Below are positions 38,388 to 46,622 of a stretch of DNA of 64,000 nucleotides, in pieces. Below the pieces are notes generated by a model. It worked only from the letters and a program-made list of their open reading frames with translations. It had not been told where the DNA came from and made no database searches. Made by a program: the position numbers and the translations under genes. The stretch comes from a virus (taxonomy: Duplodnaviria; Caudoviricetes): the IMG/VR virus record IMGVR_UViG_2706795919_000001, positions 1 through 64,000 of that record. One strand, given 5' to 3'. Position 1 is the first letter of the stretch, and each line of letters begins with the position of its first letter.

Positions 38388-39320
38388 TTGAACCGTAAGC
38401 GCATTGCGGCTTTCGCAGTTGCGGCCCTGGCCGTCCTGCCTATCGTCGCGTGTTCTACGTCGGTGCCAGCGGGCGTTACGGCGGTCAAGGTGGAGGACTA
38501 CGCGTTCATCCCGACTGACCCGACCGTTGAGGGCTGCATTAAGCCTGAGACGAACGAGTACAACCCGATTGGCGGCTTCAAGGCGTACATGTACCCGGCC
38601 CGCCAGATCAGCTACGACGCGCTGGACGCGCAGGACGCAGAGGCTCCGGCCACGGTCGTCGTGTCTAACGCTTCGGCTCCGGCTGAGCTTAAGGTCCCGG
38701 TTACGGTGACGTTCGATCTGACGCAGGACTGCGAGCAGCTTAAGAACTTCCACCGTGACTTCGGTACCAAGTACCAGGGCTGGCTTAACGATGACGGCTC
38801 GGTGTCACAGGGCTGGAAGGACTTGCTTAACTACGTGGTTGGGCAGCCCTTGCAGAACACGTTGGTTTCCATCGCGCAGAAGTACGAGTGGCGCAAGATT
38901 TGGAACGACGAGGCCGTCCGGGTCGAGTTCCAGAACGCTCTCCGGGAGACGCTGCCTAAGGTGTCGCGCGACCGTACTGACGGCGTTGACTACTTCACCA
39001 ATTTCCAGGTGACGGTCATGAAGCCCGATCCGGTGGACCCCAACCTCAAGTCGGCCATCATCGCGGAGCAGAACAGCATCGCGCAGGCTCGCGCGGCTGA
39101 GGCTAAGGGCGTGGCTGACGCTAACGCTGCTAAGGCCAAGGCTGAGGCTGACGTTGCGGCGGCGGTCGCTCAGACCAAGGTCGCTGAGCAGGAGGCGCTT
39201 AAGCGCGCTGCCGAGATTCGGGGTTACCCGTCCGCTGAGGATTACCTCAAGGCAATTGCCATTGAGAAGGGCATCACTCCGTGGCCCTCTCCGGTGATCG
39301 CGGGCGCTCCGGCTCGCTAA
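38388..39320 (+). CDS. SPFH / Band-7-like lipoprotein
   Basis: Lipobox IVAC; SPFH-like core; Ala/Glu coiled-coil C-terminus. Confidence 0.8.
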   Translation: MNRKRIAAFAVAALAVLPIVACSTSVPAGVTAVKVEDYAFIPTDPTVEGCIKPETNEYNPIGGFKAYMYPARQISYDALDAQDAEAPATVVVSNASAPAELKVPVTVTFDLTQDCEQLKNFHRDFGTKYQGWLNDDGSVSQGWKDLLNYVVGQPLQNTLVSIAQKYEWRKIWNDEAVRVEFQNALRETLPKVSRDRTDGVDYFTNFQVTVMKPDPVDPNLKSAIIAEQNSIAQARAAEAKGVADANAAKAKAEADVAAAVAQTKVAEQEALKRAAEIRGYPSAEDYLKAIAIEKGITPWPSPVIAGAPAR

Positions 39321-39382
39321 GTACAACAGCCTGCCGTCTGGCTGATGTTCGCTAGGAACACCTAGCGGCGATAGGCGGCACC

Positions 39383-39465
39383 GTGGCGAAGGCAACTGTT
39401 GGTTTGTTGCACCTGCCTGTAAAGCAGGCGCTTCGGCTTCGGGGGTTCAATTCCCTCTCGCCACA
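39383..39465 (+). tRNA. tRNA-Tyr(GTA)
   Basis: GTGGCGA/TCGCCAC acceptor; CCTGC-CTGTAAA-GCAGG anticodon arm; GGGGG-TTCAATT-CCCTC T arm; long variable arm. Confidence 0.8.
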
Positions 39466-39498
39466 CGCTTTACCAGTAACCAAACCCTTAAGGATGAC

Positions 39499-39897
39499 AT
39501 GAGTAAGAGCAATCTCTTTGATCAGCCGGGCGTCGAGCAGATGATTCCCGGTAAGGAACTGCCGGTAGCCGTTAAGGTCACCGGTCGCAACATGCACGCG
39601 GTGTCGCTGCTGGTGTCGGTGGCCGGTGAGCAGACCGGCGTCCGTACCGCTGTCTCGGCGTTCTTTGAGTCGGACGGCTCGCTTGATCACGTCAAGCTGA
39701 CCGCGCCGGGCTACGACCAGGACGTGCCTGCCGGTGACTACTTGGTGCTGAGCGACGACAAGACGACCATTGTCGTTACGGACCAGGAAACCTACGACTA
39801 CAGCAAGGCGCTGTTCCCGATCTTGTCCGCTGTCGATGAGGCCGTTAGCGCCGTCGCGGACGCGCTCGGTTCGACGCTGGGGCTGGTGGCGAAGTGA
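39499..39897 (+). CDS. hypothetical protein
   Basis: 132 aa, AAGGA RBS. Confidence 0.7.
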   Translation: MSKSNLFDQPGVEQMIPGKELPVAVKVTGRNMHAVSLLVSVAGEQTGVRTAVSAFFESDGSLDHVKLTAPGYDQDVPAGDYLVLSDDKTTIVVTDQETYDYSKALFPILSAVDEAVSAVADALGSTLGLVAK

Positions 39898-40139
39898 GCC
39901 TCTTCAAGAAAGCAGCCGCGCCGGTTGCGCTTAAGGCTCCTAAGTCGGTGGCGTCCATCACGGCGGGGCTGACCGACACGCTCGCGGAGCTTGAGGCGCA
40001 CGCCGACGAGCAGACGACGCAGGCTGAGGCTCAGCGGCAAATGGCTGAGTACGCGCTGGCCGCTGCCGATAAGCACGCGGCTGAGTCTGAACTGGCGGTT
40101 AAGGTCGCCGGGAATATCAAGGCTCTGCTCGGCGCGTGA
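39894..40139 (+). CDS. hypothetical coiled-coil protein
   Basis: GTGA overlap with upstream gene. Confidence 0.65.
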   Translation: MSLFKKAAAPVALKAPKSVASITAGLTDTLAELEAHADEQTTQAEAQRQMAEYALAAADKHAAESELAVKVAGNIKALLGA

Positions 40140-40394
40140 TCACGTCAGTTATGAGGCACCTGTTCGCGCTCCATTACTTCCGTAAGGAGCGCGGCAGGTT
40201 GCCAACACTCAGAGAGCACTACCGAGAGGTAACAGGTAAGTGAACCTTCGCTTTAAGGTGCTCGGCTACACCATTGCGTCAGTCGAGCTTGAATTGCCGG
40301 AAGCCGCTGAGCCGGAAATCGCCCAGCCGGTCACTAAGCTCACGCAACGCCTCGTTAAGGGCGTTAGCCGCCTGTGGGTTAAGGGGATGGCTGC

Positions 40395-40631
40395 GTGAGC
40401 GGATTTGAGGGCGTCAAGAAGCGGACCGAGGAACAGGGCCGCATCGTCATCACCCTTGAGTACGACGTGTCCAAGTCGTACTGGAAGCAATACGCGGAGA
40501 GCCGCAAAGCCACTATCACTGATGCAGTCGATTGCCTACGGCTGAACGTTCAGGACTACGAGGCGGGCGAGCTTTCCCTTGAGGAATTAATCGACGGCGC
40601 TAGCGAGATAAGCGTTACCGCCACTAAGTAA
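40395..40631 (+). CDS. hypothetical protein
   Basis: 78-aa ORF upstream of Ro-like gene. Confidence 0.6.
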   Translation: MSGFEGVKKRTEEQGRIVITLEYDVSKSYWKQYAESRKATITDAVDCLRLNVQDYEAGELSLEELIDGASEISVTATK

Positions 40632-40642
40632 GAAAGACGACG

Positions 40643-42082
40643 ATGACCACATTCCTACGCAGCCTGCAAGAGCAGTTCAACCACACCACTACGGAGAACG
40701 GCGCTCTGGCCCATAAGAGCAGCTTCGATCCGGTGGTGGACTACTTCGGCCTGGCGGGCGCTATGCGTAACCGGGCTGAGGCTTCGGCTGACCTGTTTGA
40801 GACGGCGTTCCGCTCAGACGTGCAGGCCGCGATCCGGACCCTGTTCTATCTGCGTGATGTGCGCGGCGGCCAGGGGGAGCGCGATGTGTTCCGCGCTGGC
40901 CTTAAGCGGCTCGTCGGCCTTAGCCCCGTTAAGGCGGGCCGGGTGTTGCAGCATGTCCCGTTCTACGGGCGGTGGGACGATCTGCTGATTGAGGGTGTGT
41001 TCCATCACCCGGAGGTCCAGAAGATCATCCTTAACCAGTGGACGGCTGACGTTGCGGCTTACGAGCGCGGCGAGGGCGTGTCCCTGATGGCTAAGTGGCT
41101 CCCGTCCGACAAGGCGGCGAACAAGGAACTGGCTATCGCGGTCCGTAAGTCTCTGGGCCTGACGCAGCGTGAGTACCGCCAGACGCTTAGCGCGCTTAGG
41201 TCGCGGATCGGTCTGCTTGAGTCGTCCATGTCCCGGAACGAGTGGGATATCGACTACGGCAAGCTCCCGGCGCAGGCGCACCGTAAGCACGTCAAGGCTT
41301 TCCGGCGTCACTCGGAGGGCGAGTACCAGGCGTACTTGGATGCCGTCGAGCGCGGCGAAGCCAAGATCAACACGTCCACGCTGTACCCGCATGAGCTTTA
41401 CGAAATGGCGACCCACTACGGCGGCGACCGTAAGGCCGCTGACGTGATGTGGAACAACCTGCCGGATTACACGCGCGGCGCTGAGGCCATCGTCATGGCT
41501 GACGTGTCGGGGTCCATGCACCAGTCGTGGAGCCAGGGCGCTAACCCAATCGCGGTGTCCGTCTCGTTGGCGCTGTACTTCGCAGAGCGGAACCAGGGCG
41601 ACTACGCGGGCTACTTCATGACCTTTGCGTCCACTCCGGCGCTCATGAAGGTGCCTTCCGGGGACCTGAGTGCCCGTCTGAGCGCCGTGGAGAACTCTAC
41701 GGGGTGGATGGGTAGCACAGACGTTGGAAAGGCGTTTGACGCGATCCTGGCGGCTGGCGTGAAGTCGGGCACTGTCCCGGCCACTCTCTACATCATTTCG
41801 GACATGCAGTTCGACCAAGCGATTGACGACGGAAACGATACGACGTTCCAGACGGCTAAGCGGAAGTTCGCGGCTGCCGGGCTGGAACTGCCTCATGTCG
41901 TGTTCTGGAACGTGGACGCTCGGAACGATCAGCTTCCGGCGACGATCTTGGACGGCCAAGTCACCTTGGTTTCCGGCTTCTCGCCTACGACGTTCGGTAT
42001 GGCGGTAGAGGGCAAGACTCCGCGCGAGCTTGTGGACTCCGTTATCAACGGTGAGCGCTACGAGCGGATTAATCCGTTCTAA
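40643..42082 (+). CDS. DUF2828 / Ro(TROVE)-like RNA-binding protein with vWA domain
   Basis: TTENGA, FYLRDVRGGQGER, YGRWDDL, AKWLP motifs; vWA MIDAS DVSGSM, GSTD, IISDMQFD, VVFWNV. Confidence 0.85.
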   Translation: MTTFLRSLQEQFNHTTTENGALAHKSSFDPVVDYFGLAGAMRNRAEASADLFETAFRSDVQAAIRTLFYLRDVRGGQGERDVFRAGLKRLVGLSPVKAGRVLQHVPFYGRWDDLLIEGVFHHPEVQKIILNQWTADVAAYERGEGVSLMAKWLPSDKAANKELAIAVRKSLGLTQREYRQTLSALRSRIGLLESSMSRNEWDIDYGKLPAQAHRKHVKAFRRHSEGEYQAYLDAVERGEAKINTSTLYPHELYEMATHYGGDRKAADVMWNNLPDYTRGAEAIVMADVSGSMHQSWSQGANPIAVSVSLALYFAERNQGDYAGYFMTFASTPALMKVPSGDLSARLSAVENSTGWMGSTDVGKAFDAILAAGVKSGTVPATLYIISDMQFDQAIDDGNDTTFQTAKRKFAAAGLELPHVVFWNVDARNDQLPATILDGQVTLVSGFSPTTFGMAVEGKTPRELVDSVINGERYERINPF

Positions 42083-42123
42083 AAATTCCATAGCTGCGGG
42101 CTAGGCCGTAAGCTATGCGATAG

Positions 42124-42176
42124 GTGGACACAGACAGCAATTACTTTGTTTGCATACAACAGAGAAATGTGTCCAG
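42124..42176 (+). ncRNA. short Y-RNA-like unit 1
   Basis: TGGACACA/TGTGTCCA closing stem, ACAGCAA, inner hairpin CTTTGTT-TGCATAC-AACAGAG. Confidence 0.65.
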
Positions 42177-42184
42177 TAATGCTT

Positions 42185-42315
42185 GTGGACCCCCACAGCA
42201 ATTGACAACTCACAGGAAAAACCGGTGGTCGCGGGTTCGAGTCCCGCTCGCTCGGGTTGACCGGGCGATAGCTCAGTGGGTAGAGCATTGGTCGCAGTTA
42301 ACAAACGGGGTCCAG
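42185..42315 (+). ncRNA. YrlA-like Y RNA with circularly permuted tRNA domain (unit 2)
   Basis: TGGACCCC/GGGGTCCA stem, ACAGCAA; T arm GCGGG-TTCGAGT-CCCGC precedes loop-closed acceptor stem and D arm GCTC-AGTGGGTA-GAGC. Confidence 0.85.
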
Positions 42316-42326
42316 TTAAAGCGGTT

Positions 42327-42383
42327 GTGGACGGTAACAGCAACCTAAAACTTTCACTGCTAATGAAATCAAATTCCGTCCAG
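42327..42383 (+). ncRNA. short Y-RNA-like unit 3
   Basis: TGGACGG/CCGTCCA stem, ACAGCAA, inner hairpin TTTCA-CTGCTAA-TGAAA. Confidence 0.65.
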
Positions 42384-42399
42384 TCTTACCGCGCAGATC

Positions 42400-42440
42400 G
42401 CCTCCGTATTCAGCCTTAGCGGCTGACCGGGGGCTTTTTT
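42400..42440 (+). terminator. intrinsic terminator after RNA array
   Basis: GCCTCCG..CAGCC-TTAGC-GGCTG..CGGGGGC followed by TTTTTT. Confidence 0.7.
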
Positions 42441-42463
42441 GTGCCCAAACTAAGGGAGACACC

Positions 42464-42805
42464 ATGAAAAAGATCATTGGCGGCGCGCTGGTCGCTGCGG
42501 TCGCGCTGGCGCTGCCCGCTTGCGCTACGCAAAACCAGCACTGGGAGTCCAACTGCACGGTCACGTCTAAGGACATGATCTATGGCGGCGATAAGGACTC
42601 GGGCACCACGCGGACTAAGCGCCTGAGCACGTCGTGCGGCGCGTTCAACGTGGAGGACGCCTGGGAGGTTGGCGCGTTCAACTCCTACGACCTGTGGGCC
42701 AAGCTGGAAGTCGGTAAGACCTACGACCTCAAGGTTGGCGGCATCCGTAACGGCTTCATGTCCATGTTCCAGACGGTGATTGAGGTCAAGGGTCCGAATG
42801 GCTAG
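42464..42805 (+). CDS. lipoprotein
   Basis: Signal peptide with lipobox LPAC; GGGAG RBS. Confidence 0.75.
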   Translation: MKKIIGGALVAAVALALPACATQNQHWESNCTVTSKDMIYGGDKDSGTTRTKRLSTSCGAFNVEDAWEVGAFNSYDLWAKLEVGKTYDLKVGGIRNGFMSMFQTVIEVKGPNG

Positions 42806-43115
42806 CCGGATCGTTCGGGAGGCCATCGCTAAGTACGCGGAGGCTAAGGGCCGGGACGGCGGGATGGACACCTTCTACCCGGTGCCTAACCGGGCCATGA
42901 AGCGGGCGTTCACCTTCGGCGGCAAGAAAACCCTGATCCCTAGCGGTAACGGTGTGCCTGCGGTGCTGATGCGCGAGGGCCGGTCGCGGATTACGAGGGG
43001 TACCTCGCGGCCTCAGTCTCGCGGCAAGGTGCTAACGGACGGCCTTAAGCCGATCTTCGTTGACGAGCACGGCGAAGTCGTGGACATGGCGAAGTTCTAT
43101 GAGGCGGCAGCGTGA
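42798..43115 (+). CDS. hypothetical protein
   Basis: Overlapping ORF in operon. Confidence 0.6.
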   Translation: MASRIVREAIAKYAEAKGRDGGMDTFYPVPNRAMKRAFTFGGKKTLIPSGNGVPAVLMREGRSRITRGTSRPQSRGKVLTDGLKPIFVDEHGEVVDMAKFYEAAA

Positions 43116-43241
43116 TCGTTGAGGCACTTCTGACGGCGCTGGTCATGGTTCTGCTGATCATGGTTGCGTTCGCGCCCTGGTACGTCATCCTCGCGCTGCT
43201 CTTGGCGTTCGGTGCCGGTTACGTCTACGCGGGGAGGGTTT

Positions 43242-43418
43242 ATGAGTTTCCGCGTAGAGGTTAAGTGCGCTAAGGGCGATCCGCGAATCATCGTCACTGA
43301 CCGTGAGCCGGTCGTCGGAAAAATCGGAACGTTAACCGTCCTTAAGGACTCGTCGTACGTGGTGTACGGGCCGGGTTATTGGCAGAGCTACAGCGTGGAG
43401 GAACACAGTGGAACCTAA
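43242..43418 (+). CDS. hypothetical protein
   Basis: GGAGG RBS before MSFRVEV. Confidence 0.55.
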   Translation: MSFRVEVKCAKGDPRIIVTDREPVVGKIGTLTVLKDSSYVVYGPGYWQSYSVEEHSGT

Positions 43419-43599
43419 ATACCCGATTGGCACCGTGCTCTACAAGCGGTTCCCCGACGTGGGTCCGGACGCGTTCGACGTGTTCGTAATGACGCATTAC
43501 GGGTGGGTCGCTACTGACCAGTACGGCGTCCAGACCGGCCAGTTCCCGCAGTTCGACGCGGAGACGGACAACATCACGCCGAAGGTTAGCGAGGCGTAA
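43408..43599 (+). CDS. hypothetical protein
   Basis: GGAGG RBS, 63 aa. Confidence 0.6.
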   Translation: MEPKYPIGTVLYKRFPDVGPDAFDVFVMTHYGWVATDQYGVQTGQFPQFDAETDNITPKVSEA

Positions 43600-44576
43600 T
43601 CACCGACTATCAAGTAAAGCGGGACTACTGGGATAGGCCAATCGTCTGGCCCGAAGGGGAGACGGACCTATCCGGGGAGTGGAAAGACGGGAGAGGGCGC
43701 GATGGCAAGCCAAAGCGATGGTTCCGGCCAAGGTCCAAAGGCGCTAAGGGCTATAGCCGCGCGTCAGGTGCCGGGAAAGGGCTTGACTCCAAAGACGGCC
43801 TTGTCGATTGGGCAGCCTGTCAAGCTGCCGTTGGAATCATGCTCGATGCCTCCGCGCGCTCAGAGGTCACAACGCTTATCAACGAGTACGAAGCCGACCC
43901 TTGGAACAAAGGCGACGACGGAGGTACCCGCTCCGGTAAGCAGCGGCTTAAGGACGCAGTTGAGCAAGCCCGTAACACTGCGGGTCAGCACACTGCTGCT
44001 TCTGCTGGGACTGAGTTCCATAAGCTCGGCGAGCTACGCAATAAGGGTAAGAAACCGCATGTCGTCCAAGAGCACCTAAAGGAACCGCTCTCTAAGTACG
44101 ACCAGGCGGTTGAGCCGATTGAGTTCATTAGCCAAGAAATCCTTATCGTCAACGACGCTCTGGAACTGGCTGGCTCGGTCGATTACCTCATGGGCTTGCC
44201 TCCGGGGATCACCACGCCTGACGGGGTGTTCCACGAAAAGGAATTGGTTGTGGTGGGCGACCTTAAGACGGGTCGCTGGGACGCGCGGTATCCGCTTAGC
44301 GTGACGTGCCAATTGTGCGCCTACGGGACTGGTGTGCGTTATGACCAGGAGACGAACACTCGGACTCCCCTGCATAACCAGATCAATACCAAGTGGGGCG
44401 TCATGGTGCATTTCCCGATCATGACTAAGGACCCGGAGGTTCGCTTCTTTTGGGTGGACTTGGAACTTGGGCTTAAGGCGTCTTTGCTCGCTAAAGAGGT
44501 TCAGGCGATGCGTAACCAGTTCAACTCAAAGGACGCGCAGCTTACGGAATTGGATTTGAGCAAGTATCAATGGTGA
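43599..44576 (+). CDS. PD-(D/E)XK exonuclease (Cas4/RecE-like), apparent ATC start
   Basis: GTEFH, AGSVD, GDLKTG, QLCAY motifs; open frame with family-like N-terminus (KRDYWDRP, YSRAS) extends back to ATC at 43599. Confidence 0.8.
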   Translation: MTDYQVKRDYWDRPIVWPEGETDLSGEWKDGRGRDGKPKRWFRPRSKGAKGYSRASGAGKGLDSKDGLVDWAACQAAVGIMLDASARSEVTTLINEYEADPWNKGDDGGTRSGKQRLKDAVEQARNTAGQHTAASAGTEFHKLGELRNKGKKPHVVQEHLKEPLSKYDQAVEPIEFISQEILIVNDALELAGSVDYLMGLPPGITTPDGVFHEKELVVVGDLKTGRWDARYPLSVTCQLCAYGTGVRYDQETNTRTPLHNQINTKWGVMVHFPIMTKDPEVRFFWVDLELGLKASLLAKEVQAMRNQFNSKDAQLTELDLSKYQW

Positions 44577-45358
44577 ACGGAGAGCAATTGAGTGAAGAGT
44601 CCGTAAAGGCTGCGCCTAAGAAGTTCACGCTGGCTGAGGCTGAGGCCCAGATCGGTGACCTGACGGCGCTAGTGGAGGACATTCAGGCACGCGGCGGTAC
44701 CGGCGACAAGCCGACTGTCTTTGAGGCGTGGAACGCGGTCATGCGCGATGTGCAGGCGATCCGTAAGGATTCCTACAACTCGGGGCAGAAGTTCAACTTC
44801 CGTGGCATTGACGCGGTGATGAACGCGGTTGGCCCGGCGTTGCGCGAGCACGGCGTTACGGTCGTCCCCCGCGCGCTTAGCGCCGAAGCGGAGCGTTACC
44901 AGACTGCTAAGGGCGGTCAGATGTGTAACCGCACCGTGGAAATGGGCTTCCGGGTGTTCGGCCCGGCTGGCGACTACTTCGACGGCACGGCGTACGGCGA
45001 GGCTGCCGACTCGGGCGATAAGTCGATGACTAAGGCTGAGTCCGTCGCGCTTAGGACGTTCCTCCTGCAATCGCTGATGATCCCGACTGACGATCCGGAC
45101 CCGGACGCTGAGTCGCATGAGCGGGCCACTCCGGCTACCGCTGCACGCTTGCAGGCTCCGGCTCCCCCGGTGGGTAACGCGGACTCCGCTAAGGCTCGCG
45201 GTGAGCTTAAGGAACTGGCCGGGCAGAAGGGTTGGGACCTGAACGCGATTGCGGACAAGTTCGCAGCCGACAACAACGGCAAGTTGCTTAAGGACGCGAC
45301 CGGCGAAGAGGTCACGGCCTACAAGAACCTTCTAGAGACAGGGGCGGTAACCGTCTAA
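44570..45358 (+). CDS. ERF-family ssDNA annealing protein
   Basis: FNFRGIDAV, GEAADSGDKSMTKAES, DPD motifs; follows exonuclease. Confidence 0.88.
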   Translation: MVNGEQLSEESVKAAPKKFTLAEAEAQIGDLTALVEDIQARGGTGDKPTVFEAWNAVMRDVQAIRKDSYNSGQKFNFRGIDAVMNAVGPALREHGVTVVPRALSAEAERYQTAKGGQMCNRTVEMGFRVFGPAGDYFDGTAYGEAADSGDKSMTKAESVALRTFLLQSLMIPTDDPDPDAESHERATPATAARLQAPAPPVGNADSAKARGELKELAGQKGWDLNAIADKFAADNNGKLLKDATGEEVTAYKNLLETGAVTV

Positions 45359-45630
45359 TGCTTAACAACACGATTGCAGGTGTGCCGGTCAACCTCATTG
45401 AGGCTCCGGCACACCTGTTCGTGCCCTGCGAGCAGTGCTTTGAGAAAGAGGCTGAGTTCGCAATCGGGCACTCGGATCACAAGCTGGTCTGCGAAGCGTG
45501 CATGGATTGGGGCGACTCGCGGCGCTGGTGGCATCTTGAGCCACGTCAGGCGCTTAAGGGCAGCGGAGCTATCGCCCTGGCCCACGACGCGGAGCACGAC
45601 GCTTACACGTACTGGGTGTGGGCCGCATGA
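45358..45630 (+). CDS. Zn-finger hypothetical protein
   Basis: CEQC...CEAC. Confidence 0.6.
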   Translation: MLNNTIAGVPVNLIEAPAHLFVPCEQCFEKEAEFAIGHSDHKLVCEACMDWGDSRRWWHLEPRQALKGSGAIALAHDAEHDAYTYWVWAA

Positions 45631-45935
45631 GTCATCCACCAGTGCTGCCCAGCGCTAAGGGTGCGCCAGTCCTGTGGGACGCGCGCCAGCTTATTTCCTC
45701 GTTTGAGGACGGTAACGAACACGGCTGGCATGAGGAACTGCAATTCCTCTGGTTTGACGACCGTGAGCGGACGATGAAGCTGCTAGACGAGGTTGGCAAC
45801 GTGGGCCGGATCATGGAGCCGGTCACCGTGGGTCACGACCGCCGCGTGTGGGACGGCCATCACCGGATCGCGGTAGCTCTCGCGCTTAGCTTGCCGGTCC
45901 CTGTTGTGTTCGCGGAAGAACAGGGGACTAGTTGA
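45627..45935 (+). CDS. ParB/Srx-like nuclease domain protein
   Basis: EPVTV...VWDGHHRIAVA motif. Confidence 0.7.
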   Translation: MSHPPVLPSAKGAPVLWDARQLISSFEDGNEHGWHEELQFLWFDDRERTMKLLDEVGNVGRIMEPVTVGHDRRVWDGHHRIAVALALSLPVPVVFAEEQGTS

Positions 45936-46303
45936 GTGACGATATCCACGAATACAACCCGATATCGGTAGAGCGGGAAATCCTCAGCACAGTTAACGAA
46001 CTGTCTAAGGGGATTGGCACGGCGCGGGACGCCCACAAGTCGTTCCTAGAGGCTGAGCGTGCTTACAAGCGCGCTTATGCCCGCGCGTTCATGGCCCATA
46101 AGGGACCGCAGACGGAAAAGCGGGTAGCCGCGAACATCGTCCCGGAAGTCATGGACGCTGAGGATCAGCGGGACGCGCTAGACGTGGCCTACTCCTACGC
46201 TAAAGACCTTAACAAGGCGCTTAGCTCAAAGCTGGACGCTATTCGCTCGGTGGGAGCTTCGGTGCGCCAGGCGTACGCGAACGCTGGCCGTGGCGAGTGG
46301 TGA
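45932..46303 (+). CDS. hypothetical coiled-coil protein
   Basis: 123 aa, operon overlap. Confidence 0.65.
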   Translation: MSDDIHEYNPISVEREILSTVNELSKGIGTARDAHKSFLEAERAYKRAYARAFMAHKGPQTEKRVAANIVPEVMDAEDQRDALDVAYSYAKDLNKALSSKLDAIRSVGASVRQAYANAGRGEW

Positions 46304-46622
46304 GGCTGCCTGCCGTCGATTGATCAAGCCGCGCTCTGAGGGCTTCTGTGAGCGATGTACGGCGTGGGGCAACCTGACCCTGCATCACCGCAAGAAACGC
46401 TCTCAGGGCGGCTTGTGGACGGCTGATAACTGCGTCCTGTTGTGCGGCCACGGTACGACCGGCTGCCACGGATGGATTGAGCATCACCCAGACCTAGCGG
46501 AAGCGCAGGGCTGGCATGTGCGCCCTTGGCAGGAGCCGTCTGAGGTTCCTGTGCTTTGGCGCGGAAACGAATGGGTTCTCTTAACTCCCGAAGGAACGAT
46601 GAATGACTATCACGTTGGATGA
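46290..46622 (+). CDS. HNH endonuclease
   Basis: CERC, HHRKKRSQGG, NCVLLCGHGTTGCH. Confidence 0.85.
   Translation: MASGEAACRRLIKPRSEGFCERCTAWGNLTLHHRKKRSQGGLWTADNCVLLCGHGTTGCHGWIEHHPDLAEAQGWHVRPWQEPSEVPVLWRGNEWVLLTPEGTMNDYHVG

Noticed and set aside
40814-42091. 425-aa minus-strand ORF (and similar ones at 6162-7097, 9097-9840, 50825-51589)
   Set aside because: Antisense shadows of well-supported plus-strand genes, expected in GC-rich DNA; no motifs.
42221-42292. Ordinary tRNA gene or attP-derived tRNA fragment
   Set aside because: The T arm precedes the D arm, the acceptor stem is loop-closed and there is no anticodon loop; it is also 10 kb from int.
42124-42383. Three-unit repeat read as a CRISPR array
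   Set aside because: Units are unequal in length, their ends pair with each other and covary, there are no identical direct repeats, and there is no cas operon; the Cas4-like gene is a recombination exonuclease paired with ERF.
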